From an uncultured Ectothiorhodospiraceae bacterium (GTDB lineage Bacteria; Pseudomonadota; Gammaproteobacteria; JAABTG01), in assembly GCA_964461215.1 (NCBI GenBank), contig CAYWTP010000002.1:1-43071 (forward strand): a stretch of DNA of 43,071 nucleotides. The letters run 5' to 3'. Both the position numbers and the translations under genes were made by a program. The notes beneath the pieces were generated by a model that saw only the letters and a list, made by a program, of their open reading frames with translations, had not been told where the DNA came from and did not search any database. Shown here in pieces: positions 1-8,992 of this stretch (position 1 is the stretch's first letter; each line of letters opens with the position of its first letter).

Positions 1-275
1 TCCTCGACCTGAGCCGCCAGTTCGCGGGTGGGGGTGAGGATCAGGGCGCGGATGACGTGGGGTTTGCGGTGCTTGAAATCGGCACCCAGGCGCGCCAGCA
101 GGGGCAGGGTGAAGCCGGCGGTCTTGCCGGTGCCGGTCTGAGCGCCGCCCATCACGTCGCGGCCTTCGAGGATGACCGGAATCGCCTGTTTCTGGATCGG
201 GGTGGGTTTGCTGTAGCCCTTGTCGGCCACGGCGCGCAGGATTTCGGCCGGCAGGCCGAGGGAATCAAATGACAT
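1..275 (-). CDS. rhlE: ATP-dependent DEAD-box RNA helicase, N-terminal part (gene continues past the window start)
   Basis: My own reverse translation from the ATG (complement of 273-275) gives [63 protein letters not shown]...[13 protein letters not shown]. It has the Q motif (GYSKPTPIQ), motif I (AQTGTGKTA) and motif Ia (PTRELA), and is very close to the RhlE N-terminus. It is absent from the ORF track because it runs off the edge. Confidence 0.85.
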   Translation of the reverse strand, partial: MSFDSLGLPAEILRAVADKGYSKPTPIQKQAIPVILEGRDVMGGAQTGTGKTAGFTLPLLARLGADFKHRKPHVIRALILTPTRELAAQVE

Positions 276-457
276 GCGGAGTCTCGCTGTTGAGTCCGCC
301 CCTTCGGCGCAGGGCGCCGGCCGGTCCGGGCGAAATCTGTGGATATATTGCCGTCGAGGTGAAACCGGAGGGGCGTACCGCGAGGGAGCCGGCGGGGACC
401 GTAAGGTGCCGGGAGAGCCGATCATACCATATTCCGCCGCAGCGGGTGCGAGGCGGC

Positions 458-880
458 TCAACCGTACCAGGTGGGGCAGGCGTTGGCCGCGGCGGGCGGC
501 GCCTCGATGCCGGCGCGCGCCTCGATGCCCTGGCGCCACTCCTCCACGAACCGGGCGATGGACTCGACGAAGTCGGCATCGGCCTCCGGGCGGTTGATGG
601 TGCAGTGGATCAGGATGCGGCCGAGGGGGCTGCTGTCCTCCACGGTCACGGTCCACTGCAGGCCGTTGCGGCAGCCCGGCAGGGTGAAGCGCACGCCGTC
701 GCCGATCATTTCGCGGTTGACCCGGAACTGGCCCCAGATGCAGTAGATCTCGCCCTGCTCGCCCTGCTGCGAGAGGACCCGGTCGATGGAGGCGCACCAG
801 CTGGAGAGGTTGGCTACACGCACATGCCGGTAAAGGTCGTCGACGCGCAGGCGGTTGGCGGTGGTGGCGAAGAATTCCAT
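458..880 (-). CDS. hypothetical protein (140 aa), no family recognised
   Basis: This is ORF 458..919 trimmed to the internal ATG at 880 ([13 protein letters not shown]...), which has a GGAG 8 nt upstream. It lies downstream of, and co-directional with, the DsrC-like gene. It is Cys-containing and ends ...ACPTWYG. Confidence 0.5.
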   Translation of the reverse strand: MEFFATTANRLRVDDLYRHVRVANLSSWCASIDRVLSQQGEQGEIYCIWGQFRVNREMIGDGVRFTLPGCRNGLQWTVTVEDSSPLGRILIHCTINRPEADADFVESIARFVEEWRQGIEARAGIEAPPAAANACPTWYG

Positions 881-1021
881 CGGGCGGGCTCCTGCGGCGA
901 AAGCCCGATCATAATCCATCGGCCGGCACTTGGAGCACCGCTTCGCCGGCGCGGCGCAGGCAAAAAGAGACGCCCGCGGCTTTCGCCGCGGGCGCCCGGG
1001 AGAGAGCCTGGCGTTGCGGAA

Positions 1022-1315
1022 TCAGACGCAGCCGGTCGGCTTCGGCAGCCCGCCGTACTTGGTGATCGGCTTCATCGGACCGGTCATCCAGGTCTTGAAC
1101 ATCGCCTTCTGATCCTCGCCCGCGTACTTGGCGAACTTGCGGATCGGCGGCACCACCGAGTTCTCGTCGTAGTACTCGCGGGCCTTCAGGATGTGGGACC
1201 ACTTGGTATCGTCCAGCTCGACGCCGTCGGCCTCGGCCATGGCGCGGCCAATCTCCGGGGTCCAGTCGTTCATGTTCATGAGGTAACCGTCGCCATCGCG
1301 ATCAGGAAGCTGCAT
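1022..1315 (-). CDS. TusE/DsrC/DsvC-family sulfur-relay protein (single C-terminal Cys type)
   Basis: The start is at MQLPDRDGDGYLMNMNDWTPEIG... (ATG 1313-1315, with GGAGGAA upstream). The C-terminus ...YGGLPKPTGCV is the family hallmark. The second Cys, found about 11 residues upstream in true DsrC, is replaced here (Thr). Confidence 0.85.
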   Translation of the reverse strand: MQLPDRDGDGYLMNMNDWTPEIGRAMAEADGVELDDTKWSHILKAREYYDENSVVPPIRKFAKYAGEDQKAMFKTWMTGPMKPITKYGGLPKPTGCV

Positions 1316-1400
1316 CGTATTTCCTCCGATTTTCCTAGGTCCATGCCGCGAGGAGCGCTGCCCCAACGTCGGCCTGCTTAACAGACTAAATCTGTCAGGT

Positions 1401-1429
1401 ATTAAACAGAGCCAGAGCGTTTTTGTCAA
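1401..1429 (-). promoter_or_regulatory. sigma70-like promoter for the DsrC-like gene
   Basis: On the minus strand: TTGACA (1424-1429), a 17-nt spacer, then TTTAAT (1401-1406). It is immediately followed by the palindrome ACAGActaaaTCTGT (1381-1395). Confidence 0.35.
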
Positions 1430-1588
1430 GAACTACCTGCAGTGATGTTGGGGTAATGGGAGGGCCCGTACGGGACCTGAGGCACGGCGGCCATGCCGCT
1501 CGCGGTGCCGGCGCGCTGGCCTTCCCTGCCATTGGTGGCCCTCCTGCGGTAAAGCCGGGGCCGAAGATCGGACCCGGATGGAGATGTC

Positions 1589-1906
1589 GTGAAGGTTTGC
1601 CTGTACTGCGCCGCCCTGCTCGCCTTCAGCCTATGGCTCTGTTTCAACCTGGCGGCAAGCTTCATCACCATGATCGACCCGAGCCTGCCGGCGGGCATCA
1701 AGCCGATCCACATCGCCATCGTCTGGGCGGTACCCGTGCCGGGCTCCGGAGTCGCCCTGCGCTTCGGCTGGCAGGCCTTGCCGAACCCCTGGCACCGCCG
1801 GCGGGTGCCGCGCCTGCTCGGCCGTTACATCTACGACGAGACCTTCCGCCGCGACAATCCGGACCGTGACAACCCCCGGCCGCCTCCGCCGAACCTTTTC
1901 CGCTGA
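1589..1906 (+). CDS. hypothetical small membrane protein
   Basis: 105-aa ORF with a GTG start and GGAG about 6 nt upstream. The N-terminal half is hydrophobic (CAALLAFSLWLCFNLAASF, IHIAIVWAVPV) and the tail is basic and Pro-rich. No family recognised. Confidence 0.35.
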   Translation: MKVCLYCAALLAFSLWLCFNLAASFITMIDPSLPAGIKPIHIAIVWAVPVPGSGVALRFGWQALPNPWHRRRVPRLLGRYIYDETFRRDNPDRDNPRPPPPNLFR

Positions 1907-1912
1907 CCCGGC

Positions 1913-2461
1913 TCAGGCCCCGGCCTCACGCCATACGACCGGCTCCAGGACGACCGTCTCCGTAGCGGACGCGAGCCAGACCTGACCCTCCTGCACCGTG
2001 CACTGGAGCTGCATGCTGCGGCTGGCGAGGCCGGCCAGGGCCCGGGTCGCCTCCTGGGGCAGGTCGATCACCGTGAGGTTGTCGAAACGCATCAGCTGGG
2101 GCGCGGTGCGCTCCCACCACAGGGCCGCCTGGCGCCCGCCGTAACTGTAGACGGTGACCTGGCGGGCACGATTGCAGGCCTTGCGGATGCGCCGCTCGTC
2201 GGGCAGGCCGACGTCGATCCACAGCTCGATCTCGTCGCTCAGGCTCTTCCGCCACAGCTCCGGCTCGTCGTCGGCACAAAGGCCGCGGGTGAACTCGAGC
2301 CGCTCCGAGGCGTTGAGGGCGAAGGCCAGCAGCCGCACCATCATCCGCTCGTCGGTCTCCGACGGATGGCGGGCCAGGGTCAGGGCGTGGTCGGCATAGT
2401 AGTTCCGGTCCATGTCGGCGATCTGGAGCTCGGCCTTGCAGATGGTGGCGGTGAGGGCCAT
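1913..2461 (-). CDS. yaeQ: YaeQ-family protein
   Basis: Starts at MALTATICKAELQIADMDRNYYADHALTLARHPSETDERMMVRLLAF... (ATG 2459-2461). 182 aa, which matches YaeQ in length and N-terminal signature. Confidence 0.85.
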   Translation of the reverse strand: MALTATICKAELQIADMDRNYYADHALTLARHPSETDERMMVRLLAFALNASERLEFTRGLCADDEPELWRKSLSDEIELWIDVGLPDERRIRKACNRARQVTVYSYGGRQAALWWERTAPQLMRFDNLTVIDLPQEATRALAGLASRSMQLQCTVQEGQVWLASATETVVLEPVVWREAGA

Positions 2462-2491
2462 GGGTGCTCCTGTTGGAGAGTCAAAATCGGC

Positions 2492-2744
2492 CTCACGCAG
2501 AGACGCAAAGGCGCAGAGGAAAACCAGGAAAACCCCGTCTCGCGCCAAGATCGCCAAACACGCGAAGGCAATGCGACAAAAGCTGCATTTCCGGCTCCGA
2601 GCATGAGCGCACCAACGCAATTGCAGCAACGACCTCGGCCGTGGCTGCTAGTCCGACAGGAAGATCTTTGCTTTGCGCCCTTGGCGATCTTGGCGAGAGA
2701 CAATCTTTATTGCTCTTCTCTGCGCCTTTGCGTCTCTGCGTGAG
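2492..2744. repeat. Intergenic inverted-repeat element (two ~65-nt arms in opposite orientation, REP/MITE-like)
   Basis: CTCACGCAGAGACGCAAAGGCGCAGAG (2492-2518) is the perfect reverse complement of 2718-2744 (27/27). A second block, 2538-2557 (TCTCGCGCCAAGATCGCCAA), pairs with 2681-2700 at 19/20. The central ~120 nt are unique. Confidence 0.7.
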
Positions 2745-2760
2745 ACAAGTCTTTTCATAC

Positions 2761-4077
2761 CTATAGCGTGAAACTGAAATCTTCCACCAACGCGCCGGGC
2801 AGCAGGGCGCTGGCCTGGGAGCGGCCGCCGTAGGTGCCGGGATCGAGCAGGCGCTCGCGCTCCCTGGTCAGGCCCAGCAGGCCGTTGCCGAGGGCGTGAT
2901 ACAGGCTTTCGTCGAAGCGCATCACCGCCAGTGGCGCCACCGGGCGGCCCTCCTCCACCCACAGGCAGGCGAAGCGGGTCATGCCGGTGATGCGGCAGTG
3001 GTTGCGATCGGAGTAGTTGCAGTACCAGAGGTTGCTGACGTAGATGCCGGTGCCGAGGGCCTCGTAGATCCCCTCCTGCGGCAGGTCGCCGGCGGCCATC
3101 TCCAGGGAGCGGGGACTCTCAACGGCGCAGTTGACCACGGCACCGTACTCACGGGCGCTGCGCGGCCCGGCCAGGCAGTCGGCATAGGCACCGTCCGTGA
3201 TCAGCGGCACCTGCTCGGGAGTGATGAAGCCGGCGCCGGTAAAGCGCGGGGCGAGGCCGCCGGCATGATGCTCGGTGAGGCTCACCTCGGGGCTCAGGCT
3301 CAGCCCCTCACGCACCATGCGCAGCAACGGGGTTTGGGCGGTGCGGTGGCTCTTGAGGCCGAAACCGCCCCAGCCGAGCAGGCCCACCAGCTCCTCCAGG
3401 GCCGCCGGCGCCAGGTAGACGCGGTAGCGGCCCGGCGGCACCCGCACCGGCTCACGGCCGAGGATCTCCACCGTGGCGCGGGCCTCGGCGATCTTCGCCT
3501 CCACAGCGGTCCGCTCCCAGGCGCTGCCGGCGTAACTCTGCTTGACCGCCTTGTCGCCGTGATCGTAGACGCTGTAGTCCAGGTTGAAGCTGTGGCGGCT
3601 GTGCCAGTTGCGCTGGCCGAGGCTGTTGGCGAATCCGTGCACGCTCTCGCCGCCGGCCCACAGGCCGACCAGATCCAGCCCCTCGGCAATCTCCAGCAGC
3701 TCGGCCACCGCGCCCTCGGCCGGCGGCAGGCCGTTTTCGGCCAGGTCGCGGCTGTCGTGGCGCTCCGTGGCGTAATTGAGGTGGGGGTCCTCCGGCAGGT
3801 GCGGCAGGCGCTCGCGCAGGGCGGCCAGGGCGGCGCGCGCCTCGGCCAGGTCGCGCTCCAGCTCGCCGCAGAGCTCCAGGGCGGCACCGGCCTGACGGCC
3901 GGCGGCGACCAGCTCCAGCCCCAGGCCCTGCTGGCGCACGTGGCCCGCCTGGCGCACGCGCCCGTGGTTGAGGCGGGCGAAGTCGGAATCCTCGCCGGAG
4001 AAACGGAGCAGCAGCACCTCGCCGGCGGCGACTTCGGCCAGCAGGGCATCGCTGAGACGTCGGAAGTGGTGCTCCAT
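2761..4077 (-). CDS. PmbA/TldE-family (TldD/PmbA superfamily) metalloprotease subunit
   Basis: Trimmed to MEHHFRRLSDALL... (438 aa). It has superfamily-typical C-terminal blocks (GIYVSNLWYCNYSD, ITGMTRFACLWVEEG). The start lies 1 nt from the stop of the TldD-like gene. Confidence 0.8.
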   Translation of the reverse strand: MEHHFRRLSDALLAEVAAGEVLLLRFSGEDSDFARLNHGRVRQAGHVRQQGLGLELVAAGRQAGAALELCGELERDLAEARAALAALRERLPHLPEDPHLNYATERHDSRDLAENGLPPAEGAVAELLEIAEGLDLVGLWAGGESVHGFANSLGQRNWHSRHSFNLDYSVYDHGDKAVKQSYAGSAWERTAVEAKIAEARATVEILGREPVRVPPGRYRVYLAPAALEELVGLLGWGGFGLKSHRTAQTPLLRMVREGLSLSPEVSLTEHHAGGLAPRFTGAGFITPEQVPLITDGAYADCLAGPRSAREYGAVVNCAVESPRSLEMAAGDLPQEGIYEALGTGIYVSNLWYCNYSDRNHCRITGMTRFACLWVEEGRPVAPLAVMRFDESLYHALGNGLLGLTRERERLLDPGTYGGRSQASALLPGALVEDFSFTL

Positions 4078-4078
4078 G

Positions 4079-5518
4079 TCACTCCCCTCCGAACAGTTCG
4101 ACATCGTGGAACAGGCAGGCGGGCGAGGCGTGGCCCGTCTGCACCATCTGGTTGGGCTCACCCTTGCCGCAGTTGGGGGTGCCCCAGACCTGGAAGGTGT
4201 CGGCGTCGCCGACCCCGGCCAGGTTGCGCCAGAAGCTGGCCGAGATGCCGCGGTAGTTGGGGTTGCGCACCAGCTCGGCCAGCTCGCCGTCGCGGATCAC
4301 CCGTCCCAGCTCGCAGCCGAACTGGAACTTGTTGCGACTGTCGTCGATGGACCAGGAGCGGTTGCTGTCCATCAGCACGCCGCGGCCGATGCCGGCAATC
4401 AGCTCCGCCATGGGCGTGGTGCCGGGCTCCAGGTTCAGGTTGGCCATACGGTCGATGGGGGGGCGGTTCCAGTCACAGGCCCGGGCGTTGGCGACGCCCG
4501 GCAGGCCGGTGCGGGCCTGGGAGCAGGCGCCGCCCAGGGGGCGCTCCAGGATCCCGTCGCGGATGAGGTACTGGCGCTGCGCGGGCGTGCCCTCGTCATC
4601 CCAACCGTAGCTCGCCACCTCTTCGGGCAGAGTCGGATCGAAGGTTACGTTGAGAAGGTCCGAGCCGTAGCGGTAGGACCCGAACATGTCCAGGTTCACG
4701 AAGCTGGTGCCGGCGTAGTTGCGCTCGTCGCCCAGGATGCGGTCCAGCTCCAGGGGGTGGCCGACGCTCTCGTGGATCTGCAGCATCATCTGGCTGGGCA
4801 GCAGCAGCAGGTCCATCCGGCCCTGCGGGCAGTCGGGGGCGTGCAGCAGCACCAGGGCTTCCTCGGCAATGCGCTCGGCCTGGTCCGGAAAGCCCAGGCG
4901 TTCGAGCTGCTCCAGGCCGCCCTGGCTGGAGCCGTCCCAGCCCCCGGCGCTGCGGCGCTGGGTTTCGGCCCCTTGGTTGGCGACCGCGGCCATGTCGGGG
5001 CGGATGGTGTGAAAGGTCTGCTCGATGCGGGCGCCGGCACTGGTGGCCAGCAGCACGTGGGTCGTGGCACAGGTCAGCGCGGCGTGCCAGTCTACGATGG
5101 CCTCGTGGCGTTTCAGCCTGCGCGAGATCTGGTGAAGCAGCTCGATGCGCTCGTCCAGCGGCTGGTCCTCCCAGGTCCGCTCGACCGGGGTGCGGTAGCT
5201 CCCCGAGGCGGCGGGCCGTGGCAGAAGCGCCGGGGAGAACAGGCCGGCGCCGGCCGTGATCTCGGCCCAACGGCCGGCCCGCTGCAGTGCCTCCCGCAGC
5301 CCGGCCGGGCTCAGGTCCGCAGTGGCCGCATAGCCGGCGCCCTCGCCCTGCACGACGCTCAGCATGGCGCCCAGGCTGTGGCGGATCACTACCGGTTCCA
5401 GCACGTCCTGGCGCACCCGCAGGTGCTCGGTGCGCCCTTGCACCAGACGCAGTGACCAGAAGTCCAGCCTGGCGGCACTGGCGGGGAGGCGCCGGAGCAC
5501 GGTGTCGAGGTCTAACAT
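4079..5518 (-). CDS. tldD: TldD-family metalloprotease
   Basis: Trimmed to MLDLDTVLRRL... (479 aa). Contains the HExxxH metal site HESVGHPLE and the C-terminal block SWSIDDSRNKFQFGCE...GEPNQMV. Confidence 0.85.
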   Translation of the reverse strand: MLDLDTVLRRLPASAARLDFWSLRLVQGRTEHLRVRQDVLEPVVIRHSLGAMLSVVQGEGAGYAATADLSPAGLREALQRAGRWAEITAGAGLFSPALLPRPAASGSYRTPVERTWEDQPLDERIELLHQISRRLKRHEAIVDWHAALTCATTHVLLATSAGARIEQTFHTIRPDMAAVANQGAETQRRSAGGWDGSSQGGLEQLERLGFPDQAERIAEEALVLLHAPDCPQGRMDLLLLPSQMMLQIHESVGHPLELDRILGDERNYAGTSFVNLDMFGSYRYGSDLLNVTFDPTLPEEVASYGWDDEGTPAQRQYLIRDGILERPLGGACSQARTGLPGVANARACDWNRPPIDRMANLNLEPGTTPMAELIAGIGRGVLMDSNRSWSIDDSRNKFQFGCELGRVIRDGELAELVRNPNYRGISASFWRNLAGVGDADTFQVWGTPNCGKGEPNQMVQTGHASPACLFHDVELFGGE

Positions 5519-5639
5519 GGGGAGAGTATCACCAAGAGGCCGGCTCGGAGGCAACATCCGGCGGCCGGTGCCGTCGCTTGTTCGGTACGGGGAGGCGCGT
5601 CTACAATCGCAAGCTGTTGCGAGAGCACGAGGCAAGCCG

Positions 5640-6275
5640 GTGAGCGAAGCAGAGCAGCAGTTGCAGGGTGCGCTGAACGAACGTGCGGGAGAGCTGATCC
5701 AGGCCGGGCGATTTCTCTACGCCAGGGGCTGGGTGCCGGCGACCAGCGGGAACTTCTCGGCGCGCCTGGACGCCACACGCTTTGCCATCACGGTGTCGGG
5801 CCGCAACAAGGGGAAGCTGCGCGAGGCCGACATCATGGCCATCAACGACAAGGGCCATGGCCTGGAGTCGAACAAGCTGCCTTCGGCCGAGACGCCGCTG
5901 CACACCTCCTTGTATCGGCGGCTCCCCCGGGTGGGCGCGGTGCTGCACACCCACTCGGTCAACGCCACGGTCATCTCCCGGCTATACCAGAGCAGCATCG
6001 AGCTGCAGGACTACGAGCTGTTGAAGGCATTTGGCGGGATCGGCACCCACGCCACCTCCGTCAAGGTTCCCATCTTCGGCAACGATCAGAACGTCGTGGG
6101 TCTGGCGGCGAAGGTCGAGGAGTACATGGACCAGGGCGAGCCGATCTACGGCTATCTGATTGAGGGCCACGGCTTGTACACCTGGGGTGGCTCCGTGGAG
6201 GAGGCGTTGCGTCACGTCGAGGCCCTGGAATTCCTGTTCGAGTGTGAGATGCGCGTGCGCGGGGTTCGCGCGTGA
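5640..6275 (+). CDS. mtnB: methylthioribulose-1-phosphate dehydratase (class II aldolase fold)
   Basis: GTG start at 5640 (VSEAEQQLQGALNERAGELIQAGRFLYARGWVPATSGNFSAR...). Contains AETPLHTSLY and AVLHTHS. 211 aa. The longer track ORF (from 5364) would overlap tldD. Confidence 0.85.
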   Translation: MSEAEQQLQGALNERAGELIQAGRFLYARGWVPATSGNFSARLDATRFAITVSGRNKGKLREADIMAINDKGHGLESNKLPSAETPLHTSLYRRLPRVGAVLHTHSVNATVISRLYQSSIELQDYELLKAFGGIGTHATSVKVPIFGNDQNVVGLAAKVEEYMDQGEPIYGYLIEGHGLYTWGGSVEEALRHVEALEFLFECEMRVRGVRA

Positions 6276-6832
6276 GCCGCCTGGCCATCTATCGCGACAG
6301 CGGGGGCGTACCCATTGCGGTGCTCAGGGAACGTGAGGCCATCGCCGGCCGGCTGAATGACATCGGTGTGCATTTCGAGCCCTGGCGGGCCGATTGGGAT
6401 CTGAGCGATACGGCATCGAACGACGACATCGTCGCCGCCTACCGTGGACCCATCGACCGTTTGATACAGGAGTATGGCTTCCAGTCGGTGGACGTGGTAG
6501 CTATGCGTCCGGATCATCCCGACAAGCTCGCTCTGCGCCAGAAGTTTCTCAACGAGCATACCCATGCCGATTTCGAGGTACGCTTCTTCGTCGAGGGACG
6601 CGGGCTGTTCTATCTGCACGCGGGCGCTCAAGTGTACTGTGCCCTGTGCGAGAAAGGGGACCTGATCAGCGTGCCCGCCGATACCACCCATTGGTTCGAC
6701 ATGGGGACGAATCCCACCTTCAAGGCCATCCGGCTGTTCACCACCCCCGACGGCTGGGTCGCCCGGTTTACCGGCAGTGACATCGCCGGCCGCTTTCCGG
6801 ATTTCGATGAGTTCGTGGCCACTGTTGTGTGA
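6272..6832 (+). CDS. mtnD: acireductone dioxygenase (ARD, cupin)
   Basis: 186 aa with FLNEHTHADFEVRFFVEGRGLFYLH and VPADTTHWFDMG. The GTG start overlaps the mtnB stop (GTGA at 6272-6275). Confidence 0.9.
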   Translation: MSRLAIYRDSGGVPIAVLREREAIAGRLNDIGVHFEPWRADWDLSDTASNDDIVAAYRGPIDRLIQEYGFQSVDVVAMRPDHPDKLALRQKFLNEHTHADFEVRFFVEGRGLFYLHAGAQVYCALCEKGDLISVPADTTHWFDMGTNPTFKAIRLFTTPDGWVARFTGSDIAGRFPDFDEFVATVV

Positions 6833-6838
6833 CGGCGC

Positions 6839-7519
6839 TTGATAATTCTCACCGACATCGAAGGCACCACGTCTTCGATCAGCTTCGTGCATGACGTGTT
6901 GTTTCCCTACGCCCGGGAGCGTCTGGCCGACTTCGTGGCTGCGCACGGTGGCGAGCCCCAAGTCAGGGGGCACCTCGACGCGGTTAGGGCCGAGGCGGGC
7001 ATGGCGCTGGATGAAGAAGGCGTCGTTAGGCAGCTCGTGCGCTGGATCGACGAGGATCGCAAGATCACGCCCCTAAAGGCCCTGCAGGGCATGATTTGGG
7101 AGGAGGGATTCGCCCGCGGCGACTTTAGCGCCCACGTGTACCCGGATGCAGTGGAGAATCTCAGGCGCTGGAAAGCGCAGGGCCTGGCCCTGTACGTCTA
7201 CTCTTCGGGCTCCATTCACGCCCAGCGGCTGTTCTTCGGCCACAGCGATTTCGGTGACCTGACGCCGTTGTTCTCCGGCTATTTCGACACCACCATCGGC
7301 GGCAAGAAGGAGGCGGATTCCTACCGCCGTATCGCCGCGGCCGTCGGCGCTGCGCCCGCGGAGATCCTGTTTCTGTCCGACATCCGCGAGGAGCTGGATG
7401 CCGCCAGGGCAGCCGGCATGACCACCGCGTGGCTGGTGCGCGACACCGCACCCGACCCCCACGCGTCTCATCCACAGTTCCTCAACTTTGACGGCATTGC
7501 CGCGGCTCGCGACGCCTGA
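6839..7519 (+). CDS. mtnC: enolase-phosphatase E1 (HAD family)
   Basis: 226 aa with a TTG start. Has HAD motif I (ILTDIEGTT), [10 protein letters not shown] and YVYSSGS, and ends with FLSD...EL.AA.AAG. Confidence 0.85.
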   Translation: MIILTDIEGTTSSISFVHDVLFPYARERLADFVAAHGGEPQVRGHLDAVRAEAGMALDEEGVVRQLVRWIDEDRKITPLKALQGMIWEEGFARGDFSAHVYPDAVENLRRWKAQGLALYVYSSGSIHAQRLFFGHSDFGDLTPLFSGYFDTTIGGKKEADSYRRIAAAVGAAPAEILFLSDIREELDAARAAGMTTAWLVRDTAPDPHASHPQFLNFDGIAAARDA

Positions 7520-7681
7520 GCCGCACCAGCGCCACCGGCACCGGGCCACGCCAAGGAATATCGTCGCTGGTGTAACTGAACGTCAGACCTGTCCGCGCCC
7601 GGCGTGCCCCCGCCGCGGCCGCTTCTACCCTTCCCGCGTCCCGGACCTCATGGCAGGTAACAATTTTGAATTTTGGTGTCA

Positions 7682-8989
7682 CTACAGGAACCCGGACATC
7701 AGCGTGGCGATTCCCAGAAAGCTCATGAAGCCGGTAATGTCGGTTATGGTGGTGAGCACGATGGATGAGGACTGGGCCGGGTCCTGACCGAACACCGTCA
7801 TCAGAATGGGGACCGCGGCACCGGCCACCCCGGCGATGATCATGGACAGCACCATCGAGATCCCGATGACCATGGCCATGCCGACGGAGCCGCTCCAGAG
7901 CCAGACTCCCAGCGAAGTCGTGGCTGCTACCGCGGCGCCGTTCAGGAATCCGGCGGTCATCTCCTTCAGGATCACCCGCGGCCAGTTGCGGGTCCGGATC
8001 TCGCGCAGGGCCAGTCCCCGCATGACCACTGCCAGGGCCTGTGCCCCGGTGTTTCCAGACTGTCCGGCCACCACCGGCATGAGCACGGCCAGGGCGGTGT
8101 ACTTGGCGATGGTGTTCTCGAACAAGCCCACCACGGAGGCGGCCAGGAAGGCGGTGGCCAAATTGATCTGGAGCCATGGCAGCCGCTTACGCACTGCAAA
8201 CGTCACCTTCGACAGCGCGCGCTCGTCCTTACTCACACCCACCATGGTCTGCAGGGCCGCCGTCGCCTCGTCCTCGGCCGCCGCCATGAGGTTGCGGTAG
8301 CGCACCACGCCGATGAGCCGGCCGTCGATATCCACCACAGGCAGATCGGTCAAGCGGTGCTTGTCCAGGGTCTCCACCACCTCCTCACGGGAGGCCAGCG
8401 CGCCGATGGCGGCCCGCGCCGGACGCTGGATGTCGGCCAGTGGCGTGTTGGGCCGCGCCATGGCCAGATCCTGGATGTTCACCACGCCCTCCAGGTGGTT
8501 GTCCGGGTCCACCACGAAGACCACCCGCACGCCCTGGCGCCGGATGCCGCGGATCCGCGACAGGGCTGCGCTCACCGTGGTCTGGGGGCGGAGCAGCAAC
8601 ACGCGGGGATCCATCAAAGCACCCGCGCTGTCGGGTGGGTAGGTCAGCACCGCCCGCAGGTCCGTGGCGGAAGGGGCCTCGAGCAGGTCCAGCAGGTGCT
8701 CCCGCCGTTCCTCGTCGAGTATCAGCAGCAGGGCCGCGGCGGGCGTGGGATCCATGCGGTTGAGCACCGCGACCGCGTCCTCTTCCGGCACCGCATCGAG
8801 CACCTGCACCGCCATGTCCGGAGACAGGCGCTCCCAGATCGGTACGGTGACCTGCGGCGGCTGCTTCTCCAGTACCTCGGCGATCTCCGGCCCCGTGAGC
8901 CGCTCCAGAAACTGGACGGCATCGGCCGGATGATTCTCCAAGAGGTCCCGTTGCAGCAACCGTACGGCGTTGGAGGGTTGGGTAGTCAT
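7682..8989 (-). CDS. mgtE: magnesium transporter MgtE (N domain + CBS pair + 5-TM domain)
   Basis: 435 aa with LMPVVAGQSGNTGAQALAVVMRGLAL and PILMTVFGQDPAQSSSIVLTTITDITGF. Confidence 0.9.
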   Translation of the reverse strand: MTTQPSNAVRLLQRDLLENHPADAVQFLERLTGPEIAEVLEKQPPQVTVPIWERLSPDMAVQVLDAVPEEDAVAVLNRMDPTPAAALLLILDEERREHLLDLLEAPSATDLRAVLTYPPDSAGALMDPRVLLLRPQTTVSAALSRIRGIRRQGVRVVFVVDPDNHLEGVVNIQDLAMARPNTPLADIQRPARAAIGALASREEVVETLDKHRLTDLPVVDIDGRLIGVVRYRNLMAAAEDEATAALQTMVGVSKDERALSKVTFAVRKRLPWLQINLATAFLAASVVGLFENTIAKYTALAVLMPVVAGQSGNTGAQALAVVMRGLALREIRTRNWPRVILKEMTAGFLNGAAVAATTSLGVWLWSGSVGMAMVIGISMVLSMIIAGVAGAAVPILMTVFGQDPAQSSSIVLTTITDITGFMSFLGIATLMSGFL

Positions 8990-8992
8990 GGA

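Noticed and set aside
269-1381. 370-aa plus-strand ORF across the hypothetical and DsrC-like genes. Similar antisense ORFs: 8357..9319, 12626..13516, 16285..17253, 17409..18161, 18323..19423, 29020..29913 and 31058..31885
   Set aside because: All are mirror-frame ORFs of convincingly assigned genes on the other strand, with low-complexity Arg/Pro/Gly-rich composition.
2896-5455. Long plus-strand ORFs (2896..4566 of 556 aa, and 3968..5455 of 495 aa) antisense to the PmbA/TldD genes
   Set aside because: They are Ala/Gly/Arg/Pro-rich, low-complexity translations, typical of the opposite strand of GC-rich genes. The minus-strand frames carry clear TldD/PmbA motifs.
5364-5639. N-terminal extensions of track ORFs for mtnB (5364), ftrD (12500), the transglutaminase-like gene (17843), the porin (15016) and dctM (28246)
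   Set aside because: Each extension overlaps the preceding gene or lacks protein-like composition. Downstream GTG, TTG or ATG starts give family-typical N-termini, signal peptides or RBSs.
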